Shown here piece by piece: positions 28,253 to 38,617 of a DNA stretch of 64,000 nt. The DNA comes from Sedimentisphaerales bacterium. GTDB lineage: Bacteria; Planctomycetota; Phycisphaerae; Sedimentisphaerales; SM23-30. The notes beneath the pieces are model-generated. The model saw nothing but the letters and a program-made list of their open reading frames with translations, made no database searches and was not told the origin of the DNA. The DNA lies in contig CAXXMR010000009.1 in assembly GCA_963663805.2 (NCBI GenBank), forward strand, positions 192,001-256,000, read 5' to 3'. Position 1 is the first letter of the stretch, and every line of letters starts with the position of its first letter. The position numbers and the translations under genes were made by a program.

Positions 28253-29284
28253 CTAAGGTCGTCCCACGCACCCGCAAGACTCCCGCACAATCAATCGTGC
28301 CTTCAGAATTACCTTCGCCGGCTCCATCTCGGCATCCGACATCCGGTTCATTATCATCCGTACCGCGCTGCGACCGATTTCCTCCATCGGTATCCGCATC
28401 GACGAAAGTTTCAGCCGCCGCCGTATCGCGATATAAGAATCATCAAACCCGATAACCCCAACCTGGCCCGGCACATTGATTCCCATATCAACCAACGCAT
28501 CAATCACCCCGCAGGCAATGTCATCATTACCCGCCACAATCCCGCACTGTTCACCCGGTTCAATCAAATGAGCAATCTTATCTTTGACCAGACTGTATCC
28601 CGCGTCATAGCTGTAGTCGCCATAGAATTGCCGGTTCCGGCTGTTCATCCCCGCCACTTTAAGGGCTTCAGCGAACCCCTGAGCCCGGTCGGTACTATCC
28701 ACGTTATTCTCCGAGCCGCCCACATAGAACAAACTCCGTGCCCCATGCACATCAATAAAATGCCGTGTCGCCTCAAATGCCCCCATGCGGTTATCAACCA
28801 GAATATTATCGAGCCGACGATAATGAACATCCTGGTCCAGAATCACCAGCGGACCACTACCATGGTCGATCGCTTCAAACACATTATCACGCAGCTCATC
28901 CAGCATGAGAATCAGCCCATCCGTACGCCCGCCCGAACGAAGCCGTCGAATAGCCTCGATTTTCGCCTTGGCACCTTTGGCCTTCAATACCATCAGATGT
29001 ACGCCATTGCTCTCGGCCTCCTGATGAGCGCCTTCCATCAGCATCGAAAAATACTGACCCTGAAAATCTGGCACCACCAGTCCAATCGTATCAGTACGCT
29101 TCTTGCTCAATGCCTGAGCTCGACTGTTTGGTTGAAAGTTCAGGTCACGAATAGCTATTTCAACCCGGCGGCGCGTATCAGGCGCCACCCGACCCAGCCG
29201 GTTCACTACCCGCGACACCGTGGAAATCGAAACCCCCGCAGCCTTGGCAACATTATGGATGGTAATATTACTGTCGCTATTCAT
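28253..29284 (-). CDS. LacI-family transcriptional regulator
   Basis: TIHNVAKAAGVSISTVSRVVN, FQPNSRAQAL, VPGQVGVIGFDD, LIVRESCG. Confidence 0.95.
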   Translation of the reverse strand: MNSDSNITIHNVAKAAGVSISTVSRVVNRLGRVAPDTRRRVEIAIRDLNFQPNSRAQALSKKRTDTIGLVVPDFQGQYFSMLMEGAHQEAESNGVHLMVLKAKGAKAKIEAIRRLRSGGRTDGLILMLDELRDNVFEAIDHGSGPLVILDQDVHYRRLDNILVDNRMGAFEATRHFIDVHGARSLFYVGGSENNVDSTDRAQGFAEALKVAGMNSRNRQFYGDYSYDAGYSLVKDKIAHLIEPGEQCGIVAGNDDIACGVIDALVDMGINVPGQVGVIGFDDSYIAIRRRLKLSSMRIPMEEIGRSAVRMIMNRMSDAEMEPAKVILKARLIVRESCGCVGRP

Positions 29285-29345
29285 CTAAAACACCTCAGAT
29301 TCATCGAAACATCCTATGGCAGACAATATATCGTTCATACTCCAT

Positions 29346-29382
29346 AAAAAACGCTTTTACCTGTTTTCATTGCAAATGTCAA
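29346..29382 (-). promoter_or_regulatory. Promoter of the lacI-type gene, overlapped by an operator
   Basis: Minus strand TTGACA (29377-29382), 17 nt, TAAAAG; AAAAAACGCTTTTACC at 29346-29361. Confidence 0.55.
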
Positions 29383-29538
29383 GCTAATTTTCACAAACTA
29401 AACCGTTTTTCTTTATCTTACCAAAGTTATATACCAATAAAAAATTCAAAAATAACAGAGATTGAACCTGTTGTTTTGTGTAAACTGCTATTGATAAAAT
29501 AGTTATATACAAATCGCTCTACCGGCGTTTTTTTGCTC

Positions 29539-29592
29539 TTGACTTGAATCCTGATTTTCGACATAGTAGCCATCTGTGAAAACGCTTTTATT
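29539..29592 (+). promoter_or_regulatory. Promoter plus LacI-type operator of the rightward glycosidase genes
   Basis: TTGACT (29539-29544), 17 nt, CATAGT; TGAAAACGCTTTTATT at 29577-29592. Confidence 0.62.
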
Positions 29593-29621
29593 TTTGCTTG
29601 TGAAACTTGGAGCAGTCTCAA

Positions 29622-32553
29622 ATGAAAATTTCAAATTATTTTCTTTTAATACTTGCGGCATTAACCTCAAACGCCTTGTCTCTCACCATCACCGCCAGTT
29701 CCGGCCAGGGCACCTACAACGCGTCCTACGCCCTTGATGCCAAGATGGACACCCGCTGGGCCAGTGAGTCTTCGGACGACCAATGGCTCCAGATTATCTT
29801 CGGCCAGCCCCGCGAGATTGTCGGACTAAACATCCATTGGGAAACCGCCTATGGCCGCGATTACGATATTCAACTGCTCACCCCCGACGGCAAATGGACA
29901 AATGTCAACAAAACCCGCAACTCAGACGGCGGCATCGACGCCATATATTTCGGCCTGCGAAATGCCGCCGGTCTGAAACTCATCGGACTCAAAAGAGGAA
30001 CCGGCTGGGGCTACTCAATATGGGATATCGACCTGCTCGGCAAAGAAGCTCAACGCACCGCTCAGGCATCCTCCCAAACCCCCGAAAACCCCGCCAATCT
30101 GGTAATGGACGGTCTGAAAGAAACCTTCTGGAAATCAAACCCGACCCCGAACCAGCAAACTTCACTGGAACTGACCTCGCCCCAACCCATCGACATCGGC
30201 GGACTAAGCATACAATGGGCCCAGCAGCACTCCGCCCCCTGCCAAATCCAATCTTTCGATAGCGATAGTGAAAAATGGCTAACCATCACCAACAAAAAAG
30301 CCGGCGTCTCCAACGCTGAGGACATTTTCTTCAAAACCACCAATACCAGCCGCATCCGCCTCGCTCTTCCCTCAGAACCTCAAAGATCCTGTCGCCATCG
30401 CCGAAGTACAGTTCAAACAGCCTTCAGAATCATGGACACCAACCCGCCATTTTGAAATGCTCGCCCAGCGCCTGCCCGATGGAACCCTGCCCGGCTGGCT
30501 CAAAAGAGTACAGACCTTCTGGACCGTTACCGGACTGCCCGGCAGCTTCAACGAATCACTCCTAGACGAATACGGCAAAATAGAATCAGGTCTGCGCAAC
30601 TTCTCCGCTACGGCGACCCTGATAGTAAACGGCCAAACCTTAACTGCCCAAAACTTCACTCAAACCCAGTCTCTCATGCAAAATTGGGCGCCCATCCCCT
30701 CCGTAAAATTGACCCGCGAAAATCTCACTCTGACCATAACCGCTAATACAATAGAACCAGATACCACCATCGTTCTTTACGAACTAACCAGCACCACCGA
30801 CCAGAAACAGGACATCTCCCTATTGCTTTCCGTCAGACCATTGCCCATAAATCCACCCTGGCAGCACGGCGGATACGTTCAGATAAATTCCGCCCAGTGG
30901 TTCCCCGATAGCAACACCATGCAATGGAACGGAAATAACGTACTGACCGTAACGCCCGCCCCCGATTTCGCCGCTGTTCACCTCCAGCAGCCCCTTACCG
31001 AACCCGTAGACATCAGCGAAATCCTCACCGCTCGTACAGCCCTGCCCAACAATCAGGAAACCACCGACAGCATTATCACCGCCGGCCTGCGCTACGATTA
31101 CCAGCTCAAACCAAACGAAACCAAAACCATCCTCGCTATTTACCCCAACCAGCCCAACACCGACATTCCTGTCCCCAATAATCCCGCCGATTTTTTCAAT
31201 CGGCAAAAACAAAAATCCTTCGCCCAATGGCAAAAATGGATAGGCAACTGGAACATCGAACTGCCCGAAGATACTTTCGTCAACCTCATCCGTTCCAACC
31301 TCGCCTACCTGCTCATCAACGCCGACGGACCCGCTACCCAGCCCGGCTCACGAAACTACAACAGTTCCTGGATTCGCGATGGTGCCATCAGTGCCACCGC
31401 TCTGATTCGTTTTGGTGTCAACGACCAGGTCACTCAATACATTAACTGGTTTACTGACCTTATCAAAGATGATGGTTTCGTACCGTTCCTTGTCCATACC
31501 AAAACCGGCGAAATGGAATGGTTCGCCCAGCCCTGGCACGAACACGACTCATTTGGCGAATACATTTTTCTGCTTCGTCAAATCGTGGAAATCACCGATG
31601 ACCTCGACCTCGCCCGCCGCTGCTGGCCCAAAGCCCGCGCCGCCCTCAAATACATGGAAAATCTCATCGACACTCGCCGCACCGACCAGTACAGAGATAC
31701 CGAATTCTACGGAATCCTGCCCGAATCCAACAGTCACGAAGGCTATTTTCCCGGCCGACACAGCTACTGGGACGATTTCTTCGCCCTGAAAGGCCTCCAG
31801 GATGCCCAGGCCCTTGCCCTTAAAATCGACGAAAAACAAGATGCCCAATGGCTCAAAGATTTTGAAATCCGTTTCCGCACCGACCTTCTGGCCTCCATCC
31901 AAAAGGTGCGCCAAAAACACAATATCGCATACCTACCCGGCTGTGCCGAACTTGGCGACCTGGACCCCACCTCAACTTCCATCGGCATAATGATTGCCGA
32001 CGAGCGCGACACCTTGCCCGCCGACGCCGTAAAAGCAACCTACGATACCTACATGGCCTCCTCGCGCGACCGGGCCGCTCGTCCCTTCGGCACCCGTTCA
32101 ACCTATACACCTTACGAAGTCCGAAACATCTCCGCCCTCATCCGCCTCGGTCGCATTGACGATGCTATCATGCTCGCCGATTATTTTGCCGAAGATGCTG
32201 TCCGCCCGCTCGGCTGGAACCACATGGCCGAAGTTGTCCACGGCGACCCCCGCACCCCCAGCTATATCGGCGATATGCCCCACACCTGGGTCGGGGCCGG
32301 CCTGATTAACGCTCTGCGTGACATGATCGTCTACGAAGAACGAGGTCAACTCGTACTCGCCGCCGCCATCTCCGACCGCTGGCTCGACCAGGGCATCAAA
32401 GTTGAAAATCTCCAAACCTGGTACGGCCCCATTTCCTACCAACTCAAACGACAGGCAGCAGGCGAGGTAGTTCTCGACCTTAAATATGCCAAAATGCCAC
32501 CTAACGGCTTCAGGGTACCCGAAGGAATAACCCTCAAAGCCTCCCAAAGATAG
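29622..32553 (+). pseudogene. Secreted protein with two discoidin (F5/8 type C, CBM32-like) domains and a six-hairpin glycosidase-like domain, split by a +1 frameshift at about 30370; may be intact if this is a sequencing error
   Basis: TRWAS..SDDQWLQI, WETAYG, GWGYSIWD. Removing one C from CTTCCCTCAG gives RIRLALPQNLKDPVAIAEVQF... in frame with ORF 30457-32553 (SWIRDGA, HDSFGE, SHEGY, HSYWDDF, YTPYE, IGDMPHTWV). Confidence 0.82.
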
Positions 32554-32710
32554 TTTACGCGAACATAAACGCAGGCATCATCACATTCACCTGCAAAAAT
32601 ATTGCTAAAAAATATTTTACCCTTTAATCTCCGCGAAATCCGATTATCATAGCTTCCGGTCACGCGAAAACCGCGTCTTTGGCAAGAGAATCGTATTTTC
32701 GGAGTATATT

Positions 32711-33880
32711 ATGATGAAGCATCGTTTTTCAATCATCGCGTTTATATTACTGATTAAGCTGCTGTCCCCCATAGCCTTCGCCGCCGAAGAATCATCCGGC
32801 AAGTGGTCAACCGAAAAAGCCTGGCAATGGTACAAAGACCTGCCCTGGCTCGTCGGCTGCAACTTCATACCCTCAAATGCGATAAACCAGTTGGAAATGT
32901 GGCAGGCTGACACCTTCGACCCCGCCACTATCGACCGCGAATTATCCTGGGCCCACGATATTGGTATGAACTTTGTTCGCGTCTATCTCCACGATCTTTT
33001 ATGGCAGCAGGACTCTAAAGGGTTCATTGAGCGTATCGACAAATATCTCGAAATTGCCGACAAGCATCAAATTAAGACTATGTTTGTTTTCTTCGATAGT
33101 TGCTGGGATCCCTATCCCAAACTCGGCAAACAGCACGAACCAACCCCTCACGTACACAATTCCGGCTGGGTCCAGTCTCCATCGATTGACATACTGAAGG
33201 ATCTCTCCCGCCACGACGAGCTGAAAGATTACATCGTCGGCATTTTAACTCATTATAAGGATGACTCGCGTATCCTGCTTTGGGATTTATATAACGAACC
33301 CAGCAACACCAATGGAGCTTCTTACAGCAAGCTCGAGCCCAAAAACAAAGACGAACTCTCGCTGGCCCTGCTGCAAAAAGTATTCCAGTGGGCTCGCCAG
33401 GTCAATCCTTCTCAGCCGCTCACAACTTGCGCCTGGCGTTGGAACTGGCAGAAGGGCAAAGCGACTGCACCGACTATAAAATTCATTCTCGAAAACTCCG
33501 ATATCATGACCTTCCACAGCTATTTACCCCCGGAAAAAGTCCAGACTCAGGCCCTGCATCTTCTGGAATATGGCCGACCGGTCATCTGCTCCGAATACAT
33601 GGCCAGAAACCGCAATCTGACTTTCCTGACCATGCTGCCTTTTTTCAAAGAACACGGCATCGGTGCCTGCAACTGGGGTTTCGTGTCTGGCAAAACTCAG
33701 ACCATTTACCCCTGGGACTCCTGGGAAAAGAAATATACCAAAGAGCCCGACCCCTGGTTCCACGATTTGCTCCGTGAAGACGGCACCTATTACCGTTCTG
33801 AGGAAATCAACCTGTTAATAAAAATGCGTCGGGAAATAGAATCCGAAAAAGTAGCTCAGCCAGAAAAAGTAAACGAATAA
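32711..33880 (+). CDS. Secreted clan GH-A (GH5-like) glycoside hydrolase
   Basis: Signal peptide; AINQLEMWQ, WDLYNEP (acid/base), TFHSY, ICSEYMAR (nucleophile), NWG. Confidence 0.85.
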   Translation: MMKHRFSIIAFILLIKLLSPIAFAAEESSGKWSTEKAWQWYKDLPWLVGCNFIPSNAINQLEMWQADTFDPATIDRELSWAHDIGMNFVRVYLHDLLWQQDSKGFIERIDKYLEIADKHQIKTMFVFFDSCWDPYPKLGKQHEPTPHVHNSGWVQSPSIDILKDLSRHDELKDYIVGILTHYKDDSRILLWDLYNEPSNTNGASYSKLEPKNKDELSLALLQKVFQWARQVNPSQPLTTCAWRWNWQKGKATAPTIKFILENSDIMTFHSYLPPEKVQTQALHLLEYGRPVICSEYMARNRNLTFLTMLPFFKEHGIGACNWGFVSGKTQTIYPWDSWEKKYTKEPDPWFHDLLREDGTYYRSEEINLLIKMRREIESEKVAQPEKVNE

Positions 33881-33954
33881 AACCCCAAAACAAAAGTCCG
33901 AAACGCCAACGCAGGGACTGCCCGTAATTTTTATATTAGCGAAAGGATTTTATA

Positions 33955-35091
33955 ATGATTATTAATGTCAGCAAACTCACATTCACATCACTTCTGATTG
34001 CTTTACTGACCACAGTTTCACTGGCAGGTCAGTTGACTATCACCCAGCAGCCCTGGGGCCAACTCGAAGACGGCCAGCAGGTGGTTATTTACACCCTCAC
34101 AAACGCTAACGGTGTCAAAGCCCGTATTACCAATTTTGGCGCTCATCTGGTCTCGATGGAAGTCCCCGACCGCGACGGCAAGATTCAGGACGTGACCCTC
34201 GGCTTTGATGATGTTGAAGGCTATGTAAATTGCGATTCCTACCTCGGTGCCACCGTAGGCCGCTACGGCAACCGTATCGCCAAGGGCCAGTTTGCCCTTT
34301 ATGGTACCAAATACACCCTCGCTGCCAACAATGGTGTCAATCACCTCCACGGCGGCATCAAAGGTTTCAATAAAGTCCTCTGGGCCAGTAAATCTTTCCT
34401 GAAGTCCGATTCTGTCGGAGTTGTCCTGACCTGCCTTAGCCCAGACATGGAAGAAGGCTACCCCGGCGACCTCACCAGTGTCGTCACCTATTCGCTCGAT
34501 AACGACAACGCCCTCAAGATCGAATATGAAGCCTATACCGACAAACCAACTCCCATCAACCTTACCCACCACAGCTACTTCAATCTGACCGGTGACGCTC
34601 GCAACACCATTCTCGACCACGAGCTGATGTTAGCCGCCGACCACTATACCCCGGTCGATGAAACCCTCATCCCCACCGGCGAAATACCGGTTGTCGAAGG
34701 CACACCGATGGACTTCCGCGCCCCCGAAAAGATCGGGGCCCGCATCAATGACGATTTTCAGCAACTCAAGTTCGGCCTCGGCTACGACCATAACTGGGTC
34801 TTACGCAACCAGAGCGGCAGTTTAATGCTCGCCGCCACCGTTTACGACCCCCAATCAGGCCGACTCATGGAAATCATGACTACCGAGCCCGGTATCCAGT
34901 TTTACGCTGGCAATTTCCTCGACGGCAGCATAATCGGCAAAAACAACCAGCCCTACAACTACCGCTGCGGCTTCTGCCTCGAAACCCAGCACTACCCCGA
35001 CTCACCCAACCGCAAGGATTTCCCCTCGGTAATACTCCACCCCGCCCAAAAGTACACCCACACATGTATATACCGTTTCTCAGTTAAATAA
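33955..35091 (+). CDS. galM: Aldose 1-epimerase (mutarotase) with signal peptide
   Basis: GATVGRYGNRI, NHLHGG, EEGYPG, NLTHHSYFNL, GYDHNWV, FCLETQHYPDSPN. Confidence 0.95.
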   Translation: MIINVSKLTFTSLLIALLTTVSLAGQLTITQQPWGQLEDGQQVVIYTLTNANGVKARITNFGAHLVSMEVPDRDGKIQDVTLGFDDVEGYVNCDSYLGATVGRYGNRIAKGQFALYGTKYTLAANNGVNHLHGGIKGFNKVLWASKSFLKSDSVGVVLTCLSPDMEEGYPGDLTSVVTYSLDNDNALKIEYEAYTDKPTPINLTHHSYFNLTGDARNTILDHELMLAADHYTPVDETLIPTGEIPVVEGTPMDFRAPEKIGARINDDFQQLKFGLGYDHNWVLRNQSGSLMLAATVYDPQSGRLMEIMTTEPGIQFYAGNFLDGSIIGKNNQPYNYRCGFCLETQHYPDSPNRKDFPSVILHPAQKYTHTCIYRFSVK

Positions 35092-35191
35092 CTCAACTTT
35101 TGCAAAAAGCACTTACAACTCATCAAATCTTAATCTTATTTAATCTTTCGTCTCTCAGGCCCGTCCGTTATAATTCCCCTCGACAATATTA

Positions 35192-36511
35192 ATGCTGTTA
35201 GCTTCACTGAAGGAATTACTGCCTGTGCCGCCCGAAAATCCGAGCGAACAAAAAATCCAGGGTCGACTCGACAAAGTCAGTCTCGACCTTAAAAGCGTAA
35301 AAAAAACTACCGAACTGCTTACCAGTCCCATGGATTTGCAGCAGGTTTTGGAAATGGTCACCCAGACCATCGCCGAGGCCGTCGGTGCAGACGCCGCCGG
35401 TCTACGCCTGCTCGATAATGAGACCGGAGCTTTGGTACTTGCTGCTACGTATGGACTTAGCGACGAATACAAGAGCAAGGGGCCGGTAAGCGCCAAGGAA
35501 AGCGCCCTCAATCAGCGTATTCTGAACGGCGAGGATATTGTCGTTGACAACATGCAGACCGACCCCAATTTCTCACGCTATCGCGATGAAATCAAACGCG
35601 AGGGGCTTGTCAGTAATATGAGCATCGGCATGATTTATCACGATAAAGGGATTGGTATCTTACGGATTTACAGTCGTCAGGTCCGTCACTTCTCCACCGC
35701 GGATGTTTCCTTGGCCCATACCGTTGCTTCTCAGTCGGCCTCGGCTATTGTCAACGCCCGGCTGTACAAGCAGGCGCTGGAAGGCGACCGTAAAGCCCGC
35801 CAGTTGCGATTAGCTGGTGCCGTTCAGCGTCAGCTCATCCCCCGGCAGGCCCCGGAAGTCTCCGGTATCGAACTCGCCGGAATATATGTTCCCTGCTACG
35901 ATGTGGGCGGTGACTTCTATGATTATATCGAACTTCCCGACGGCAGACTGCTGGTAACTATTTGTGATGTAATGGGTAAGGATGTGCCTGCCTCGCTGCG
36001 GATGGCCTCTTTGCGGGCCTCGCTGCGGGCCTATTCCGAGAGTTTCGAGACCCTTGACAAGCTTGTGGTTTCTCTAAATCAGGCATTTTGTCGGGACAAC
36101 AATACCGGCGATTTCGCGACTCTCTTTGCCAGTGTTTACGACCCTCGCAATAGCAGCCTGACTTATTGCAATGCCGGCCATAATCCGCCCATCCTGGTCA
36201 GGGATGGCCAAAATTGTTATTTGCCCGAAGGCGGCATGATTCTCGGCGTAATGCCCGAAAATGAATATAACGCCTATGAAATCCCCCTCAATACCGGAGA
36301 TTTACTGCTGCTCTATACCGATGGGCTGGCTGAAGCGGTGAATTTTGAACGGGAATCTTTCGGCACGGACCGGCTTGTTCAGGCCTGTATCAGTTCGGCA
36401 TCCATGAACGCCAAAGATGCCGCCCGCAATATTCTCTGGTCGATGAGGAAATTTACTGGGCTGACCATGCGCTTTGATGATACTGCCCTGGTCGTTATTA
36501 AAAAAATCTAA
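35192..36511 (+). CDS. GAF-domain PP2C/SpoIIE (RsbU-like) Ser/Thr phosphatase
   Basis: N-terminal GAF; VGGDFYD, ICDVMGK, YCNAGHNPP, LYTDGL.EA, DDTAL. Confidence 0.92.
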   Translation: MLLASLKELLPVPPENPSEQKIQGRLDKVSLDLKSVKKTTELLTSPMDLQQVLEMVTQTIAEAVGADAAGLRLLDNETGALVLAATYGLSDEYKSKGPVSAKESALNQRILNGEDIVVDNMQTDPNFSRYRDEIKREGLVSNMSIGMIYHDKGIGILRIYSRQVRHFSTADVSLAHTVASQSASAIVNARLYKQALEGDRKARQLRLAGAVQRQLIPRQAPEVSGIELAGIYVPCYDVGGDFYDYIELPDGRLLVTICDVMGKDVPASLRMASLRASLRAYSESFETLDKLVVSLNQAFCRDNNTGDFATLFASVYDPRNSSLTYCNAGHNPPILVRDGQNCYLPEGGMILGVMPENEYNAYEIPLNTGDLLLLYTDGLAEAVNFERESFGTDRLVQACISSASMNAKDAARNILWSMRKFTGLTMRFDDTALVVIKKI

Positions 36512-36858
36512 AAGCTCTGCTTAACCGCACTTTTTCTCCGATAATGCGTAGTGATAAATAGTTACGGCGACATTGCCTTGAGATTGCCCCCCGGTTATTT
36601 GCTTGACGATACCCCGCAAATGACCATACAATACAGTGCTACGGGTATGGCCGCATAACGCAGCGTGGGCAGATCAATGTTATATTGGTCACAATTGAGG
36701 GGTAGCCTGCCGACTGCCGATGAAATAAAGCAACCTGATATTTAGGTTTCGGGACCACCCTTTTAAGAGGCGTTTACGGGTTTATTGTACTCGCATTTAG
36801 CCTTAACTGGTTGATTTTAAACAAGTTACTTTGTGAACAATTGGATCGGGAGCCTTAA

Positions 36859-38574
36859 ATGGCAAGAAATCGTAAGAATCTCGGCGATATTCTGGTCGCC
36901 TGGGGAGCCATCGACGCCGAGAGTCTGGCCAAGGCCCAGGACAGTGCCGACGCCACCAATCGACGACTCGGCGACTGCCTCGTGGAAATGGGACTGGTCG
37001 ATCAGGAGCAGGTCACCAAAGCGATGGCCACCCAGTTCGATATGGAGTATGTGGACCTCGACCAGGGAGTGGTTGACCGTACCGTGCTGGACCTTATCCC
37101 CGAAGATCTCATCCGCCGGGAGTTGGTCCTGCCGATGGCCAAAGAGAACGGTCGCTTAAAGGTCATCATCCACGACCCTTTGAATCTCGACACGCTGGAT
37201 ATGTTGAGATTCCGTCTCAATACCGAGATTGACACGGTTCTAGCCAGCAAAGATAAAATCAAACGCTACATCGACACTTTCATGGACAAGCTGGGCTCCT
37301 CCATTGATGCCACGGTTGATGAGCTTCATAGTTCGATAGACGCTTCGGTTGACCTTGATTCGCTGGATATTTCTCAGCTGGATGATGAATCAGCCCCGAT
37401 TATCAAGCTGATAAACCGTATAATTGACGAAGCGTGCAAATTGCGAGCGTCTGATATTCATATCGAACCCATGGCTGACCGCGTCCGGGTTCGCTATCGT
37501 ATTGACGGTGCTTGCATCGAGCGTGACAAGATTCCTAAGCAACTGCAACCTGTTGTAACTACTCGTTTTAAGATTATGTCTGGTATGGACATCGCTGAGC
37601 GGCGCATCCCTCAGGACGGTCGTATCAAAAAGAACGTCGGGGGCACGGACATTGATTTTCGTGTCAGTGCCTTGCCGGGCTATCATGGTGAAAGTATCGT
37701 TTTACGTATTTTGCGGCCTGACGCGGTGCGTATTGGTATTCAGGCGCTGGGTTTTGCTCGGGACGATTTCGAGCGGTTCGAGAAAATCATCAAGCGTCCT
37801 AACGGTATTTTCCTGGTCACCGGCCCGACCGGTTCTGGTAAAACCACTTCACTTTACGCCGCTCTTCAGGACCTGAACAGACCCGATAAAAAGATTATCA
37901 CCGCTGAAGACCCGGTCGAGTACAACTTTGCCGGAATGAACCAGTGCCAGGTGCGTGCCGATATCGGCTTGACATTTTCGGCGATTCTCCGTTCTATGCT
38001 GCGTCAGGCACCTAACATTATCCTTGTCGGTGAAATTCGTGACGTTGAGGTAGCCGACATCGCGATTCAGGCGGCACTTACCGGACACCTGGTATTTAGT
38101 ACACTTCACACCAATGACGCACCCAGTGCTATGACCCGTCTGGTGGATATGGGCGTTAAGCCGTTTTTGGTCGCCAGTGCCGTACAGGCCGTCATGGCCC
38201 AGCGTCTCGTACGTCTTATCTGTCCGGAATGCCGAGAAGTGGACCCCTATCCCGACGAGCAGGCTCTGCGTCTGCTTGGCTTCAAGAAGAGTGACCTGGC
38301 CAGCAAGCCCGTTTATAAAGGTGCTGGCTGTTCACGCTGTCACGGCTCCGGCGCCCGCGGACGTAAAGGTCTCTTTGAGATGATGATTATGAACAACGAA
38401 ATCCGCGAGCTGGTCTTTAACGGGGCGCCCACCAACAGGATTCGCAAAGCAGCGATCGCCGGAGGCATGAGAACGCTTCTGGAAGACGGCAAGTTAAAGG
38501 TTCTCGAAGGTATCACTACTATTCAGGAAGTAGCCAAGCACGCTCAGGAAGAAATTGTGGAGTTCGGGGCTTAA
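36859..38574 (+). CDS. GspE/PilB-family assembly ATPase 1
   Basis: ASDIHIEP, DIAERRIPQDG, GPTGSGKTT, ILVGEIRD, TGHLVFSTLHTND, tetracysteine motif. Confidence 0.93.
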   Translation: MARNRKNLGDILVAWGAIDAESLAKAQDSADATNRRLGDCLVEMGLVDQEQVTKAMATQFDMEYVDLDQGVVDRTVLDLIPEDLIRRELVLPMAKENGRLKVIIHDPLNLDTLDMLRFRLNTEIDTVLASKDKIKRYIDTFMDKLGSSIDATVDELHSSIDASVDLDSLDISQLDDESAPIIKLINRIIDEACKLRASDIHIEPMADRVRVRYRIDGACIERDKIPKQLQPVVTTRFKIMSGMDIAERRIPQDGRIKKNVGGTDIDFRVSALPGYHGESIVLRILRPDAVRIGIQALGFARDDFERFEKIIKRPNGIFLVTGPTGSGKTTSLYAALQDLNRPDKKIITAEDPVEYNFAGMNQCQVRADIGLTFSAILRSMLRQAPNIILVGEIRDVEVADIAIQAALTGHLVFSTLHTNDAPSAMTRLVDMGVKPFLVASAVQAVMAQRLVRLICPECREVDPYPDEQALRLLGFKKSDLASKPVYKGAGCSRCHGSGARGRKGLFEMMIMNNEIRELVFNGAPTNRIRKAAIAGGMRTLLEDGKLKVLEGITTIQEVAKHAQEEIVEFGA

Positions 38575-38617
38575 CAGGAATTATTTGCTATTTTGTAATC
38601 TACGAAGGTATTGATAT

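Noticed and set aside
13855..30372. Programmed frameshifting or phase variation at the split glycosidase genes
   Set aside because: The runs are only 2-3 nt, with no slippery heptamer or long tract; a sequencing error or point indel is simpler.
36512..36858. c-di-GMP riboswitch or other ncRNA upstream of the pilus operon
   Set aside because: I could not match class I or class II consensus elements by eye; an Rfam/Infernal scan would decide.
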